Source: Laetmonice hystrix
Lineage: Eukaryota
NCBI GenBank assembly: GCA_965235115.1
Contig: OZ249436.1
Location: forward strand, 30,876,001 to 30,940,000
Direction: 5' to 3'
DNA length: 64,000 nt
A program made the position numbers and the translations under genes. Shown one piece after another: positions 33,290 through 46,089 of this stretch (its first letter is position 1; the number at the start of each line of letters is the position of its first letter). Below the pieces are notes generated by a model. It made no database searches. It was not told the DNA's origin and saw nothing but the letters and a program-made list of their open reading frames with translations.

Positions 33290-36200
33290 ATAAAATGACC
33301 CTTGCTTGTCTTCTGATGCAAATTTCACATTTCTGTACGTTTTATACGTTTATACGTTTTTTTCTCACTTAGAAAGTAAAATAACAACCTTTTCGTGCAG
33401 TAATGTGTGCGTGTGGCTACATTTGTTGCATGGTTTGAGTAACAATAATGTCGATGGGAACAACAACAATAGCTGTACGCTACAGACATATTTTCATGAC
33501 ATAGTCAGTTTGGTGAGTCCAAGAGCAACAGGAACCGGTAGTTGACCAATACAAGGGTCAGCCAAAAGATTGAGTAGTTAGTTGACATGTGAGATTTGAA
33601 CACGAGGCAAGCGTTTGATATTTTTTGCGTTGACCTTGTATTGTTTTTGTATGGTACATATAAACTATCACAACAAATGCTAATATTGGAATCACATATA
33701 TTCAATATTTTGTAATTAATACAAGCAATACCCATCTTGTAGTATATATTTTCTACATATCACAGAGATCTACGTACAGGTTTTTTGTATATTCTCTCTC
33801 CATTAGGACCAGCATATCTGTATTTGTCAAGTTATCTTTGATTTGTTGCCCTCTGAGGCGCTATATTTATATGGGAATATTCTCAAGTGAGTTTTGATTC
33901 TTTGAGAAAAAATTGTCACTACAGATTTTTGCAGAGTATAATAAAGACTTTTAAAAACATAACGATGTGAACGTTTTTCTTGATGTCCTCTGTAAACATT
34001 GTATTTTTCTTGCAATATACAATTATATGAAAATATTGGTAACTTTCTCAATAATTTATGACCAAAGCTTATAAACACTGCAGTATTGAGTGGATATGTA
34101 TTGCGTAACTGCGCCATGCAGGTCAAGACGGTATTATGCCCTGTATACCCTTGGCGAATTCACTTTTGGATCGCTAAGAGTGCTTTATGCTTTAATAATG
34201 TAACTTTTATTAGCGCATTATGTAGCTTTTATGACGGAATGGAGGTCACTGTATATCATGAATAGAATTTGACAATCGTTTCTAATCATCCTGAGATTAC
34301 ACATGAATGCTTTCATCATACGTATCTATAGATAAGGCTCGTTCTGACGTGTGGAATGCCGCTTACGCAAGACTAGTGTCCCATCTTACCATGTCACTTT
34401 CGAAATTGGTTAAATATACTATCTAATCCTAAAAAACATACCGGGGTATATGCCAATAATATTAGTAGAGGTCAGCGGATGTGTGCTAAATGTGAGTTTT
34501 AGCCGAATAATCAAACCTCAATACAGTAAAGGATGACGTTTTGCTGGAAGACATTCATGGCAGGATATATTTACTGTCCTGTCTGGTCATAAATTTAAGT
34601 ACATGTATACAATATTATATATTAAGGAACTATTTTCCACAAGACATTTGATAAGGACTTCCTGTCATGCCATATATTGGTCCTAATAAATGTTTCATCG
34701 ATGTTTTGATTCCCTTTCTCGAATAATCTCAACCACGAAAACAATCATGCTTTAAATAGTCTTCAGTATGTCTATATTTTAGTGTTTATTTAGAAGAAAC
34801 TGTCCCAGTGAGCTGTACTTTTTAACCTTTGTGATCAACTAATGATCAAACGAATCGTTTTGAAACCAGTGAGATGCCCATTTGTAATACCCGTCTGGCA
34901 TACACACAATTCAGCAGAACACACAAGACTGTTTGACACAGTAGGGCTCGGCATGACCATAGCCACGATCAAAGATATTTAAGGGTTCCATTGCATTATA
35001 CAGTTTTCTAAATTATAGATCAAGGCTTTGTGCTTTGTAATAATTCAAGGTTGTCGCTCATGAAAAGAGTGTACGCCAGCAGTATACCCTGCCACATTGA
35101 GCGTAGGAATGACCCCCAAGATCATGACACCGTGAAGTCAGTGTGCTTATTGTCCCCCAACCCCAACAGGTGTGCCGAGATTCAGTGCATCCTTGTCATG
35201 CAAAACACAGATAACAACATCCAACCCTGCCCGAGTCAGGCCCGACAGGGTCACCCTATAACATTTTGTCCATGACCTTTCTGCTCTGGTTCCCCAACAC
35301 TGACCCGCGTCTTTTCAAAGGTTTCTGCCAGTGAGGCGCCTTTTTTTGACCTGTCAACGTTTGTAGTCGCAAGCAGCTGATACAATTGAAGGAGTAATCA
35401 TCAAATCCGTGCGGGGAAATTAACCCATCCGGAACGGTGTATCGGGTTTGATCAAATGGCCTCTTTGCCATTAAAGAACGGTAATGTTTCACCGCCGTTT
35501 TCATTGGGTTCGGGTCGCCGTACTCGTAAACATGCGACGGAAATTATCGATCACAAAGATCCTTGATCTTTTCAAAATATTATTCCATGCTCGCATGAAT
35601 GAAATGACCAAGAGTTGGTTTTATCATGGATGTAGGCCTAATTTGTTACTGGTAGTTGGGGTCAGTGTCGAGGTCCGTCCCGGGAGTAAGGGTCAAAGAG
35701 CCCTATACGAGGAAACATAATTGGTCAAGGCAATAACGTGTGTGTTTCCATTTCGGAGATAATTGAACACACGTAATTGAGCGTAGGTATTGTTGGGAAA
35801 TTGGGCTAAGTCTTCGCTGATATATGACAAAAACAGACAGAAATGGCCAATCGCAGACTCTCATGGTCATGTTGTGTTCAGATGCCGAGGGACCAGCTGG
35901 CGCATTAAAGAAGTCATGGTGTTCTCTAAGGAAGTCCTGTGATAATTTGCCACAGGGGTCCATATCGCGAACAGGAGCCAAGTAAATGCTAATTAGCACA
36001 TTTCTACTTCACCATAAATAGCTAGGGTTAGTGTGTGACCCGGGCCAAGATACTAACACTAATAACCTAACTAAACGCTTTTGGTGTAGGAAAGATAAAG
36101 AGCTAGTTTTGTTAACCCATGCACTGTTTGATGTCTTGCCGCGAGCCTTGTAATCTGATCTCGCATCATTAAAGGAAACATTGTTGAATGGTGAAAAGGT

Positions 36201-36909
36201 AATCTTTTCAACCACAATTATACATCTGATTATCAAAGTCACATCAGGACCGGACAATGAGACACTTTGAGGTGGAACCCCTTGTCCACCCGGAGTTCCT
36301 TTGTTCCTCTTTGATCCTCAAGTAACAGCCGCAGTATCGCCGCCGCTGACCCCAAGAGATGTGTGCATTGAGGGGCTCCTTGACGGTGTGGCCCAACCCA
36401 GCTGCATATCGTGCTCAAATGTCCAATTTCCATGTTTGCACTCAATGAATTCGTCTGTTCAGTGTGCGATTCAATTACGTTAATGATTCGCATCTTACCA
36501 GACAACAAAAGTGTAGCATTTGAGGTTGACCCTTGTCGTGGCTTGAGGTCATCCTTTACGGAGCCACCTGGTGGGGCCAAGGGCACTGGTGACACCTGAT
36601 TGGCTAATATATCCACACATGCTGCGACTGCCACGGACTTTACGAGATATGCATTCTTGTATGCGTCCTCTTTTAAAATTAACATTAGTCAAGAGTTAGA
36701 AGAAAACTGAAGTTTTACCTCACAGGACAGTGGTGGTTAACGTTTTGCTGTATCATGAGTTTCCTAACCATGACAAAATGTCTATACACGATATCATAGA
36801 AGGTCCCGAAAGGCGATATGACAAATTTATCACAACTGGTCAGTCAACTGATGGTATTCGTGATCAATATTGGGTACATACAAATTGATAATGACGGGGG
36901 TCCGGTTGG

Positions 36910-37125
36910 CACCTGTGACGTCGAGCGTGCCAGACGTCTGCCCGATCACCTTCCTCCTGACCGGCTCTCCTGATTGGTTAGAACGTCGCCCCCAAAGTCA
37001 GCTGTGGTGCTGATTTTTCACGTGCCACGTATCTGTTTTTTTTCTGTTCACAAGTGAAGGTAACCATGCGCGTCATTTCAACAGGTTTGACACAAGCAAC
37101 TCACCTGTGCTAACATAAGGTAACG
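36910..37125. promoter_or_regulatory. Second orphan promoter-like segment
   Basis: CACCTG, TGACGTC, CCAAT box (GATTGG, from 36972), CAGCTG and CACGTG (37019) within about 115 bp. Followed by two plus-strand donors AG|gtaac (37060, 37120) and a minus-strand donor CAG|gtgagt (37104). Confidence 0.35.
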
Positions 37126-38621
37126 GCCCTCTGAATCACTGGCGTGTTCACTGAGCGGTGGAGAGTACAATCAAATTACCCCCTACCTTCGGGGGTTTGC
37201 GAGTGGAGAAAGAAACACTCGAGTCGGTGAATGCTAATGTCAACACACAACAAAAGATTTCATCAAGCAAGACTAATATGCGCTTCAGCAGACGCTGTGT
37301 TGTGAATTATGAAGGAATATGTGTTTTGCCCACACTCGACCGTTTTAAAGCACACACACATAGATCTAGACCTTAAAAAAAAGTAAAAAAAGTAAGTAAG
37401 ATTTCCGTACATCGTTCATTGGAAATTTTATGTAAATAAAACTGCAGCAAAGCTTATGACAAGTACTATGATTCATTTACTTTATACTAAGGAAACCAGT
37501 AATGGGTAAAAGTTCCATCAATTCAGTATTTTGTTTTCCGTTAGCAGTCTTAAATTTAGAAACCTACGTCAGACTAGGACAATAAGAGTAATACACTTTG
37601 CAGTGAAGTACCTTGGACGTTGATTTTCTTTGATGCCTTTTGGAAGTCAGCAGAGCAAAACAGCATTAAAAAAGTCATAATCAAGGGTGCGCATTGGCTG
37701 CGGGTCGTGCCAAACATGCATGATGGCGGTGACCCTTGCTGGCCCGCACTGAACCATGACTGGTTCTCTTGACCTGGCCAATAAAGCCTGACATGGCAGG
37801 GGCGGGGTAAGGTCTCTATGCCGGCAGCGGAATCTGGTAGACTGCCATGCATCCGAGTGCAACAATATGATTCTCGGTTCAGCAGGTGCTACTTTGCCGG
37901 TGGCAGTGCCAGCCAACACGGCTTTAAGGGTAGGTGATTAGTTGGGGGCACGTCTATAGCCTTTTGTCGCCCACGTCTTGGGCAAAAAGACGCACACGTT
38001 TCCGGTGGGGGATCGAAGTGTCCTGGTGTAATAAAAAAACAAATTGCGTGTCTGATATTTAGAATTTTAACCAAGAAGTGTTTTTGCTTTAATAGTTTTG
38101 TATATATGAAAATATAAAAAAAAATTAATATAATAAATTCCGCTTTAAGATTTTGGTGACTAGGTATGAGGTATTTAATTATTGATGAACACACGGGTGT
38201 CAGTGTATAGCGGTAATTTTTTTAAGGTGAGCAAGTACAGACACATTTTTGGGCTACTGATGGGGAACTTGGAAACATTTTTGTCTTTTATTGGCCACAG
38301 ACATGCGGATCATTACCCTACAGCCGGATCTGTACAGATAATTTTAAGATTTTTGGTCGCAGTTTTCAAAAAGCTGTTCTTTTCGAAGATATAAATTCAC
38401 AACAACGAAAAAAAGGTTGATGTTCAAGGTTAGGTTTATGCATTGATGGAAAATACTTATGAATGCAGTAGAAGTTTTGTCGGTAAGATTGTCCAGAACT
38501 TGATCCTTTGTTTGGCCATGACCTTAATCATAGGTCAAGTCGAAGTCCGAGTCTCGCCAGCCGACCAACAATTTGGTGAGATATAATCAGGCAGATGGAC
38601 AGGGCCTCATTATTTGGCATG

Positions 38622-38638
38622 TGACCCCTTGATGACCT
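38622..38638 (-). promoter_or_regulatory. DR5 nuclear-receptor element (RARE-type)
   Basis: TGACCC-cttga-TGACCT, i.e. AGGTCA-N5-GGGTCA on the minus strand; both half-sites fit RGKTCA. Confidence 0.5.
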
Positions 38639-39610
38639 GTCACGTCGGGTCAATTCTGCCCCAAAATGATAGACTCAACTTAAGCCTGGCTGCATGGTTA
38701 TAGGAACATACGATGATGTATGACCTACTCAGTGCGTACTTTTTGCAACAGGTGGATCTTTAAGGTTTTGTTTCTATCAATTTACACTTTCATGTCGATA
38801 CCGCGATGTAAACAAATGATTGTCTTCTCTTCCTGTAGTTTTGAGAGAATACGTTAGGGAATTTGGAATTCTTGTTAAGGCCAACTCACCTCACTTCCTA
38901 TTTAGTCTTACACTTTAGACTTGGAGGTGCAAAGGTTATTGCACCTTATGCTGCGCTCTACTATACTTGAAGATGGTAACACTTCCGTGAATAGGTAGCT
39001 TATAGAATATAGCTTGGACATGTCCATCAAAAATGTTATCAAATCTGTCATCGTCAGAATGAAGTGATTAGAAACATTCCCATGTTGTTAAGACTTTACA
39101 CGTGTAAAATGAATTCCCTGTTTGATACAGTTGTCATTGTTCTGGTAAGGCAAGCGGTGAGGCATGGATGAGGCCGTATCTCTGTCTGAGGGACATGGTC
39201 CTGCTGATTCCTGGCATCGATTCGTAACAGTAGTTCCTGAATGAGCGTCAGCACTAACGTAACCTCCCCCCTCCTCCTCGCAGATTAACAATAGCAGAAT
39301 ACCCTGCATGAAATTTGTCAATCAATCAAACATACTTGTCATGACACTCGTGATAGCAGTCCCTGAACAGGCCAACTGCTAACTCGACCCCATCGTGACC
39401 GTATCATTTCAGTTCATTCTACAAGGGAATGATAAATTTTTGATGGTATTGTTGCATTATTCTCAATAGTCCGGGTGACTAAGGTTCATATCAGAATAAA
39501 TGTCCTTACGTGGGTGCAAGTACCGGATGTTACTAATTGAGGGGTTTTTATAGCACGTTTCTTGTTTTTGCTCTCACAGGGGGTTTTTAAAGGTCTCCTT
39601 GGGGTATACG

Positions 39611-39697
39611 TTTTCTTGCAAGAGTTATTTCAGAGATACACTTTTCTTGCAAGAGTTATTTCAGAGATACACTTTTCTTGCAAGAGTTATTTCAGAA
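39611..39697. repeat. 31-bp tandem repeat, about 2.8 copies
   Basis: Unit ttttcttgcaagagttatttcagagatacac. Confidence 0.85.
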
Positions 39698-42600
39698 AAT
39701 ACCACTAATGCTTCTACCGCTAAGGATCAGTCCTAACAATCCAGCAGAATGACAACTAATTGATATTACGCAGATTTTGTGTTTGTAGTGTAGTGTATTA
39801 GATTGTATAAAAAAAACGCTATAGGGTATTGTTACTGAGAGAACTGTAGCGTTTTTAATCTTGGAAGATGCGGGCGCAACTGTTATACCGTGTATATGTA
39901 GTAGATGAAATATTGCTCAAGTTAAGTTGACTAGAATGGATGTTTCAGCTGCCGTCAGCCAATCATAAACTCAATCCTGTTCAATACAGTATAATAAGAA
40001 AAGTAAGAAAAAAACTTTTTACCAACTGACCACCAACAATATAAATTGGCGTAGTTATCGGATCACAGAAAGAGCCTTTTGATGTTCCCATTTACGGCAA
40101 TTGACGACACTTACTGGCCAGCCGTCTAAGGTCAGTGACACAAATTGTCACATCTGTGGTCACACGGAACCAAAGAACTACAGGTTGGACGTAATTTTAT
40201 AATTACTCCAATTGTATGGTATTGTTAATGTCACTGAGATTCAAAGAGAGAGGTGACCCTTAGATGTCATTGTTTATGAGACCTGACGTTGTCATATGAT
40301 AGATAGTAAACATCGCCACGTGTGTAATACATGGCTTCAAAGGGATTACACGAAATACATTCATGATCTGCAAACAAAGTCATAACGCAGCCCAAATCGT
40401 GCCCGGGGAATGCTACCTACCGTATTTGGCCTGTGAAAACACCCCTCAACGTACATTAGCACTTACTTTCTGTAGGTATCGTTATGTTAAGGTCATTAGG
40501 ATTGTCACAGCAGACCTAGGGATAGATTGCCCGTCATTATCCTAGGACTGGTCCGGAACACATCACGTATTTCAGGTAGAGCAAAGGACATTGTAGCGTC
40601 AATTCAGTCGGATCTTAATGGTGTCAGTGAGAAACTTAGAATGGTATTATAGAGTGTCACAAAACCTTAGAGGAATAGAAAGCTAGGCTTGTTGAAGTTA
40701 CCAGATGGTCAAATAACATACACGATTCTAACAAAGAGTCGGACTACTGGCGTGGTTTCCATGAGAAACCGCTGGAGTAAATATAACGTTTTCATGTGGT
40801 GCTAACTCTGTGAGAGTCCGCGGTGGGAGCCATGTTGTTATGTTGGGGTAGCAACACAATGGACGTACAAGGTGATGAGGCTATTACACTAACTGCTCAG
40901 TATCGATACTGACAGACTGGGTTTCACCTGTCCTAACGGCAAGCATTCGGCCTAGTGTGAAAAATAACAGTTATTACGACCTCAGCACTCCACTCGCAGC
41001 CATTAACCTCTTTCGATGATAAAGGCCAAGTACATACCACAAAATACTTGTCATTCTCTTCTTTTGGGTGCACTTAATTAACTGTAGGATATATATTTAT
41101 TCACGAATCCACTACAAAAGGAGGGACATCATTGTATGAGTCTTTACTTTACCTTATCTTAACCATGACGTCCATCTTTTCAGTGGGTTGGATCTCCAAA
41201 CCTCGGAAAGATAACCTTAATTTTATTTCACTTTTTTTACATGTGAAGAGTACGGCATTATGTTGTTAACCTTACGCGATCGTGGATGAAAAGCATCAGT
41301 TTAACGGAAGAATACGACAGGAGGTTTATTTGCTCTTTGGTAGCTGGCCCGGGATTCCCAAATGTTAGAAATGTTACCTAGCGCAGTATATTGATATTTA
41401 GCTTTGATTTGTTGTTTACTTTGTTTATTTACGTTACACTAGAACTGGCGTTCTCCCTACTTTCAAATATATATCTGACAGAAATATTCAGTTCGAGAAA
41501 ACAGTAAATTGGTACCGTTTGTCGCTATGGAGAATTGGACTAGAAGTGAATGATTCTCAGAGTCGTAAATACTCGAATTTAAAAAAATAGGTTTCTAAAC
41601 TGAGATGCTCTGTCAGGAGTTATAAATAAGTTATGCCGTATGCTTACGTCATGATTCCGGTGGACCAATAGAAATCAACCAGTGATAGAAATATGAGACA
41701 ATACGAGTCACGCTTGAGTGATTTGAGTTTACAGAACCTTCCTTCACAACCGAATATAACCCTGACCTTTATGTGCCAGCTGTAGCTCATCTACAAATAT
41801 TCCCGAATGGATCATTGTTCAACCCCAGTAAATTGACCAACCCACCTTTTTGAACCGCGCCTCTATCTAGAGAAATACAGCTGCGTGAAAGGTCAGTTTG
41901 CTCCTTTGTCCTACACAGGGAAATCACCCGTTTCCTCGTGACTCCACCCAATTTTTTCCCTAATCCCTAATGTCAGGCACAGACGAGACCCCCACCCCAC
42001 CTCCCTCCGTTTTCGCGGGATCCCTGAGTAACGCCCCCCCCCCCCTTCACCCCCAAGCAACTCTTGGGCCACCGTGGCTGGGTCCTGGTCCCAAGGATGG
42101 CACGAAGCCAAGTCCTCAATACGCAGACGTTAAGAGCGTTTGAGAGTCAGAGGCTTGGTGGGTTTTAGTCATAATGCAATAACCGGCCACTCAAAGATGT
42201 CGTTTATATGATACTCCGGGATAACTTTGACCGTGTGCAGGAAATCGGCAGTGAAAATTACCTGAACCTCATGTGCTATATTTGCATGGTGAAATTATGT
42301 AACCCATATTTTTGGTCCCGCGCTCGAACTTTATAAATTATTTTATTGTGGTGGTGTTTATTTTCAACGATTATCAGTGTTAAGCGGCGCGTGCGCAAAG
42401 TCGAAATCCCTCACTTAGTTTTGAGCGTCCCTTCTACCCCCAACACACAAATATATAGTGTGTCCATAATCTAGGACAGAAGGAGAATAAAATATCGCCA
42501 GGAATTCTTGCTGATTCTTGGTGAAGGTATGTGAATGGCAAAGATGCCTTCCTATGTCGGGTACGTAGGCCTACTAGAAGAGGGACGGGCAGTCATATGA

Positions 42601-45600
42601 CTTCCCGTAACTAACTTGGTAACAGTTTTTCTGGCAAAACATCGAGTCCCGTTAGCATCCAGTTTACTGCGTCACATCACTGTGAGTGACTAAAACACTT
42701 ACGGCATTTCTAGGACACCTTCAGTGTGAAAACAGACTTTTTCTCACTGGTTTTGCCGTTGATGATGGGATTTATTTTTCGCCACCATCCACGGGATGAT
42801 GATAATGACGATGATAAAAGAAAAGAAAAGAAAGAAATTTCTTTCTTATCAAGTTGGTTCATCATTGTTTTGAAATGAAAAGTATAAACCCAAGTTGATT
42901 TTGTTAACCCAGTCAGGGTTTTATTTAAAAAATTCGCGGATTCCTGTCTATGAAGGCATGTAGGTAGCTACCTCATTTTGGTCAATTATAAATGATATGC
43001 TATTTTGTTTTAACATATTAACAAATGTTGTTATCCAGCACATCTAGGAGAAGACCCTGGATTTGAGTTAATGTTCAGTATTAAAATGTTTTCGTGTTTT
43101 GAAGTGATTGTTTAGGAGGTTGGTAATGCCTAAGGTTATTGACGTGTGCGACCATCTGACTGTTGACTGGGCTGGTAACAGGTGGGCCAAGTCGAAGAAC
43201 CAGGTCGGACGTGCTTAGAGAAAACATTCAAGGTGTGTTTCTGGGGAATGTGTTCCTAGGTCATTCATATTGATGAGATTATCATGAGAGGGATGACTAC
43301 CTCCTCGTCTACAAGCCTGCGGCTCAAACATTATTCTGAAAGCATACAGTTCAGGTTGTTGATTTCCATTCTGTGAACGGAATGGAAAGCTGAGGAGGTA
43401 GCGAAGAGAGATTGACATATCCCAAGGTGACCCACGGTTTGCTATTGGCAGGCCACCTGTTGCCTGATTTTGGCCGAGGGAGACCACGGCAGCGGCTTCC
43501 GTCAGCCAAAAAGGGGAAAAACCGGACATGTTCACCTGACAAACTGGACCTTGTAATGAGGAAGTTTGGCCTGTCAGCTGTCGCCAATCCGCCCAGGATA
43601 TAGCCGATCAGATTATATCAGGATATATATGCGAGGCCAAGGGGATTACCCCAACTCATGGCACACATGTCACCTGACCCATACACACCTAATGATTATC
43701 TTTTCATCGATCCACTGATCAGCAGTAAATTACCAGCTAATTATATTTTTAACTGGAAGACACCTGTGTTTTTTTTAATTTTGTATCGATTACAGTTATA
43801 TCTTTGAATTATAATTTAAGTATCATACGGTTATATATGTGTCGTCACTTATCGTTTTTATCTTATCTTTGCGTTTTGGATGACTATGTGGAATGGATTT
43901 CTTGAACAGTTTGCTTATTAAATGGTTATGACGTGATATGATGCATTGTGAAAAACTTAGTCACTGTTCTTACCGTAAAACATTTCCGATTCCTTCCGAC
44001 AACACCGAATACTTGAAGAAAGCATACGGTAGCGCCAGATCTCATGTACAGGTTCTAGGAAACTACTGTATCCTAGATAATCTTTCCTTGATTAAAGAAG
44101 TTAGTTATAAGCACTTTTCATCCAGGTTCAAAATGAAATAAGGACTCTCAAAAGGGCAGTTTCACATGAAGAAATGCAGTCCGTTTAGCAAAGCGAGATA
44201 TCGGGAATTCAGGCCCCTTTCATATTAGCACTGTTTGAAGTCGAGTGCTTTGTCTTTGTCTAGACAGAGGGAACGAACTGTCCAGGCCACGAGGAATTAC
44301 CCAAATCAGTGGCCAGGTCTGAAAAGACGTAATGTTGGTTCGACTTGCGTTTTTTCACCGAAAATTAGTCCACAGTGATTCTTAATGTAGGAAAATATCG
44401 CGACAATGTTTTACTTTGTTTTACTGAACACCGAGATCAGTTAACAGCCTCATTTTGTAAAAATAACTTTCTTTAGAATTTCTATGGAACCGCTCAGGCA
44501 CTTTGTATAAGAGGTTTCTCAAAAGTCAAAAAAAGATAGTAATTTAAATATCAAGGATATCAGTAGTTGTATTCTCAAACACTTTCACTGTTTAGCAATA
44601 TCAAGTGAACCCATATAAAATATACAAAATACAAGTCGATTATGGTTTTGGAAATAACTGTTCTCTAAAAAAAAATGTTTATGATGTTATCTCAGTAACT
44701 ATGGCCACGCGACGATATTTCAGACCGTTGAGAATTGTTTCCGAGAAACCACTAATTATAGGTGGCCTACTGAGTTTTTCCTTGAGACTGACCCAGTCTT
44801 CACAATTTTAGCTCACATTTTACGAGTCTGCTTCTTGTTTGACACGACTTAGCAGCCTTCAGGTAGCTTTACTAAACTTGGGATGTTTGGGATACGTTTC
44901 CAATATCAGATCTTTGTTTTGGTGTATTAGGCCTTTTGTATAGCACAGATATTTTACTAGATTGTTGGCATAAGTTAGTATAAATAACGGGTAAAGGAAT
45001 ATGCCGCATCATGAATGGTCTGCTTGCGTCTTAAGATCAGGTGAGAGATCATGGTTTTCCTCTTTGATCCAAACATTGCATGATCCAAGCAGTCCCAGAG
45101 GTTAACGTGCCAGAAGCACAGTCCAACCGCACAGAATACCACGGATGAAAAATGTATGGCTTTCCTGAACGATGGACAAAACATTTGGTCAAGGACTTGG
45201 CATTGCAAGCATCGTGACTAAGGCAAACAAAACTGATTGAGATCTGATGCCGTTAACTGAAAGGTAGTGTTGTCCAGACGTTCACTGACAACCGGCAATA
45301 AAATACGGGCGTTGACATGCAAAGAAATACAGAGTTGAAAACTTTGTGAAAGTTAACAAAAACAATACAATTAAAATTAAATAGCATGGGATGACCACAT
45401 TGAAGGATATATGCTAGGCTTCCAAGAAGGAAGTACGAAGTATCGCAGGCAGGGGTTGTTTTGTTAGGGGGCCGGGGGGGGGCTCAGCCTCCTAGATAAA
45501 AATATATTGAGTGTTTAAAATGATCCTGTCCATTGGTTGGAAATGTTGTAGATGTGTACCTGTTTGTTAAAAGCTAAAATTGTCTATTTAACAGGACGGA

Positions 45601-46089
45601 AAGTACTGGTGTAGATGGTACATACAATCACACAAGTACTGGTTTAGATGGTACATACAAGCACACAAGTACTGGTGTAGATGGTACATACAATCACACA
45701 AGTACTGGTTTAGATGGTACATACAATCACACAAGTACTGGTGTAGATGGTACATACAATCACACAAGTACTGGTGTAGATGGTACATACAATCACACAA
45801 GTACTGGTGTAGATGGTACATACAATCACACAAGTACTGGTGTAGATGGTACATACAATCACACAAGTATTGGTGTAGATGGTACATACAATCACACAAG
45901 TACTGGTGCAGATGGTACATACAAGCACACAAATACTGGTGTAGATGGTACATACAATCACACAAGTACTGGTGTAGATGGTACATACAATAACACAAGT
46001 ACTGGTGTAGATGGTACATACAATCACACAAGTACTGGTGTAGATGGTACATACAATCACACAAGTACTGGTGTAGATACAATCACACA
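45601..46089. repeat. 33-bp minisatellite, about 15 copies
   Basis: Unit aagtactggtgtagatggtacatacaatcacac with few substitutions. It explains the periodic ORFs 45588-46082 and 45710-46090. Confidence 0.97.
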
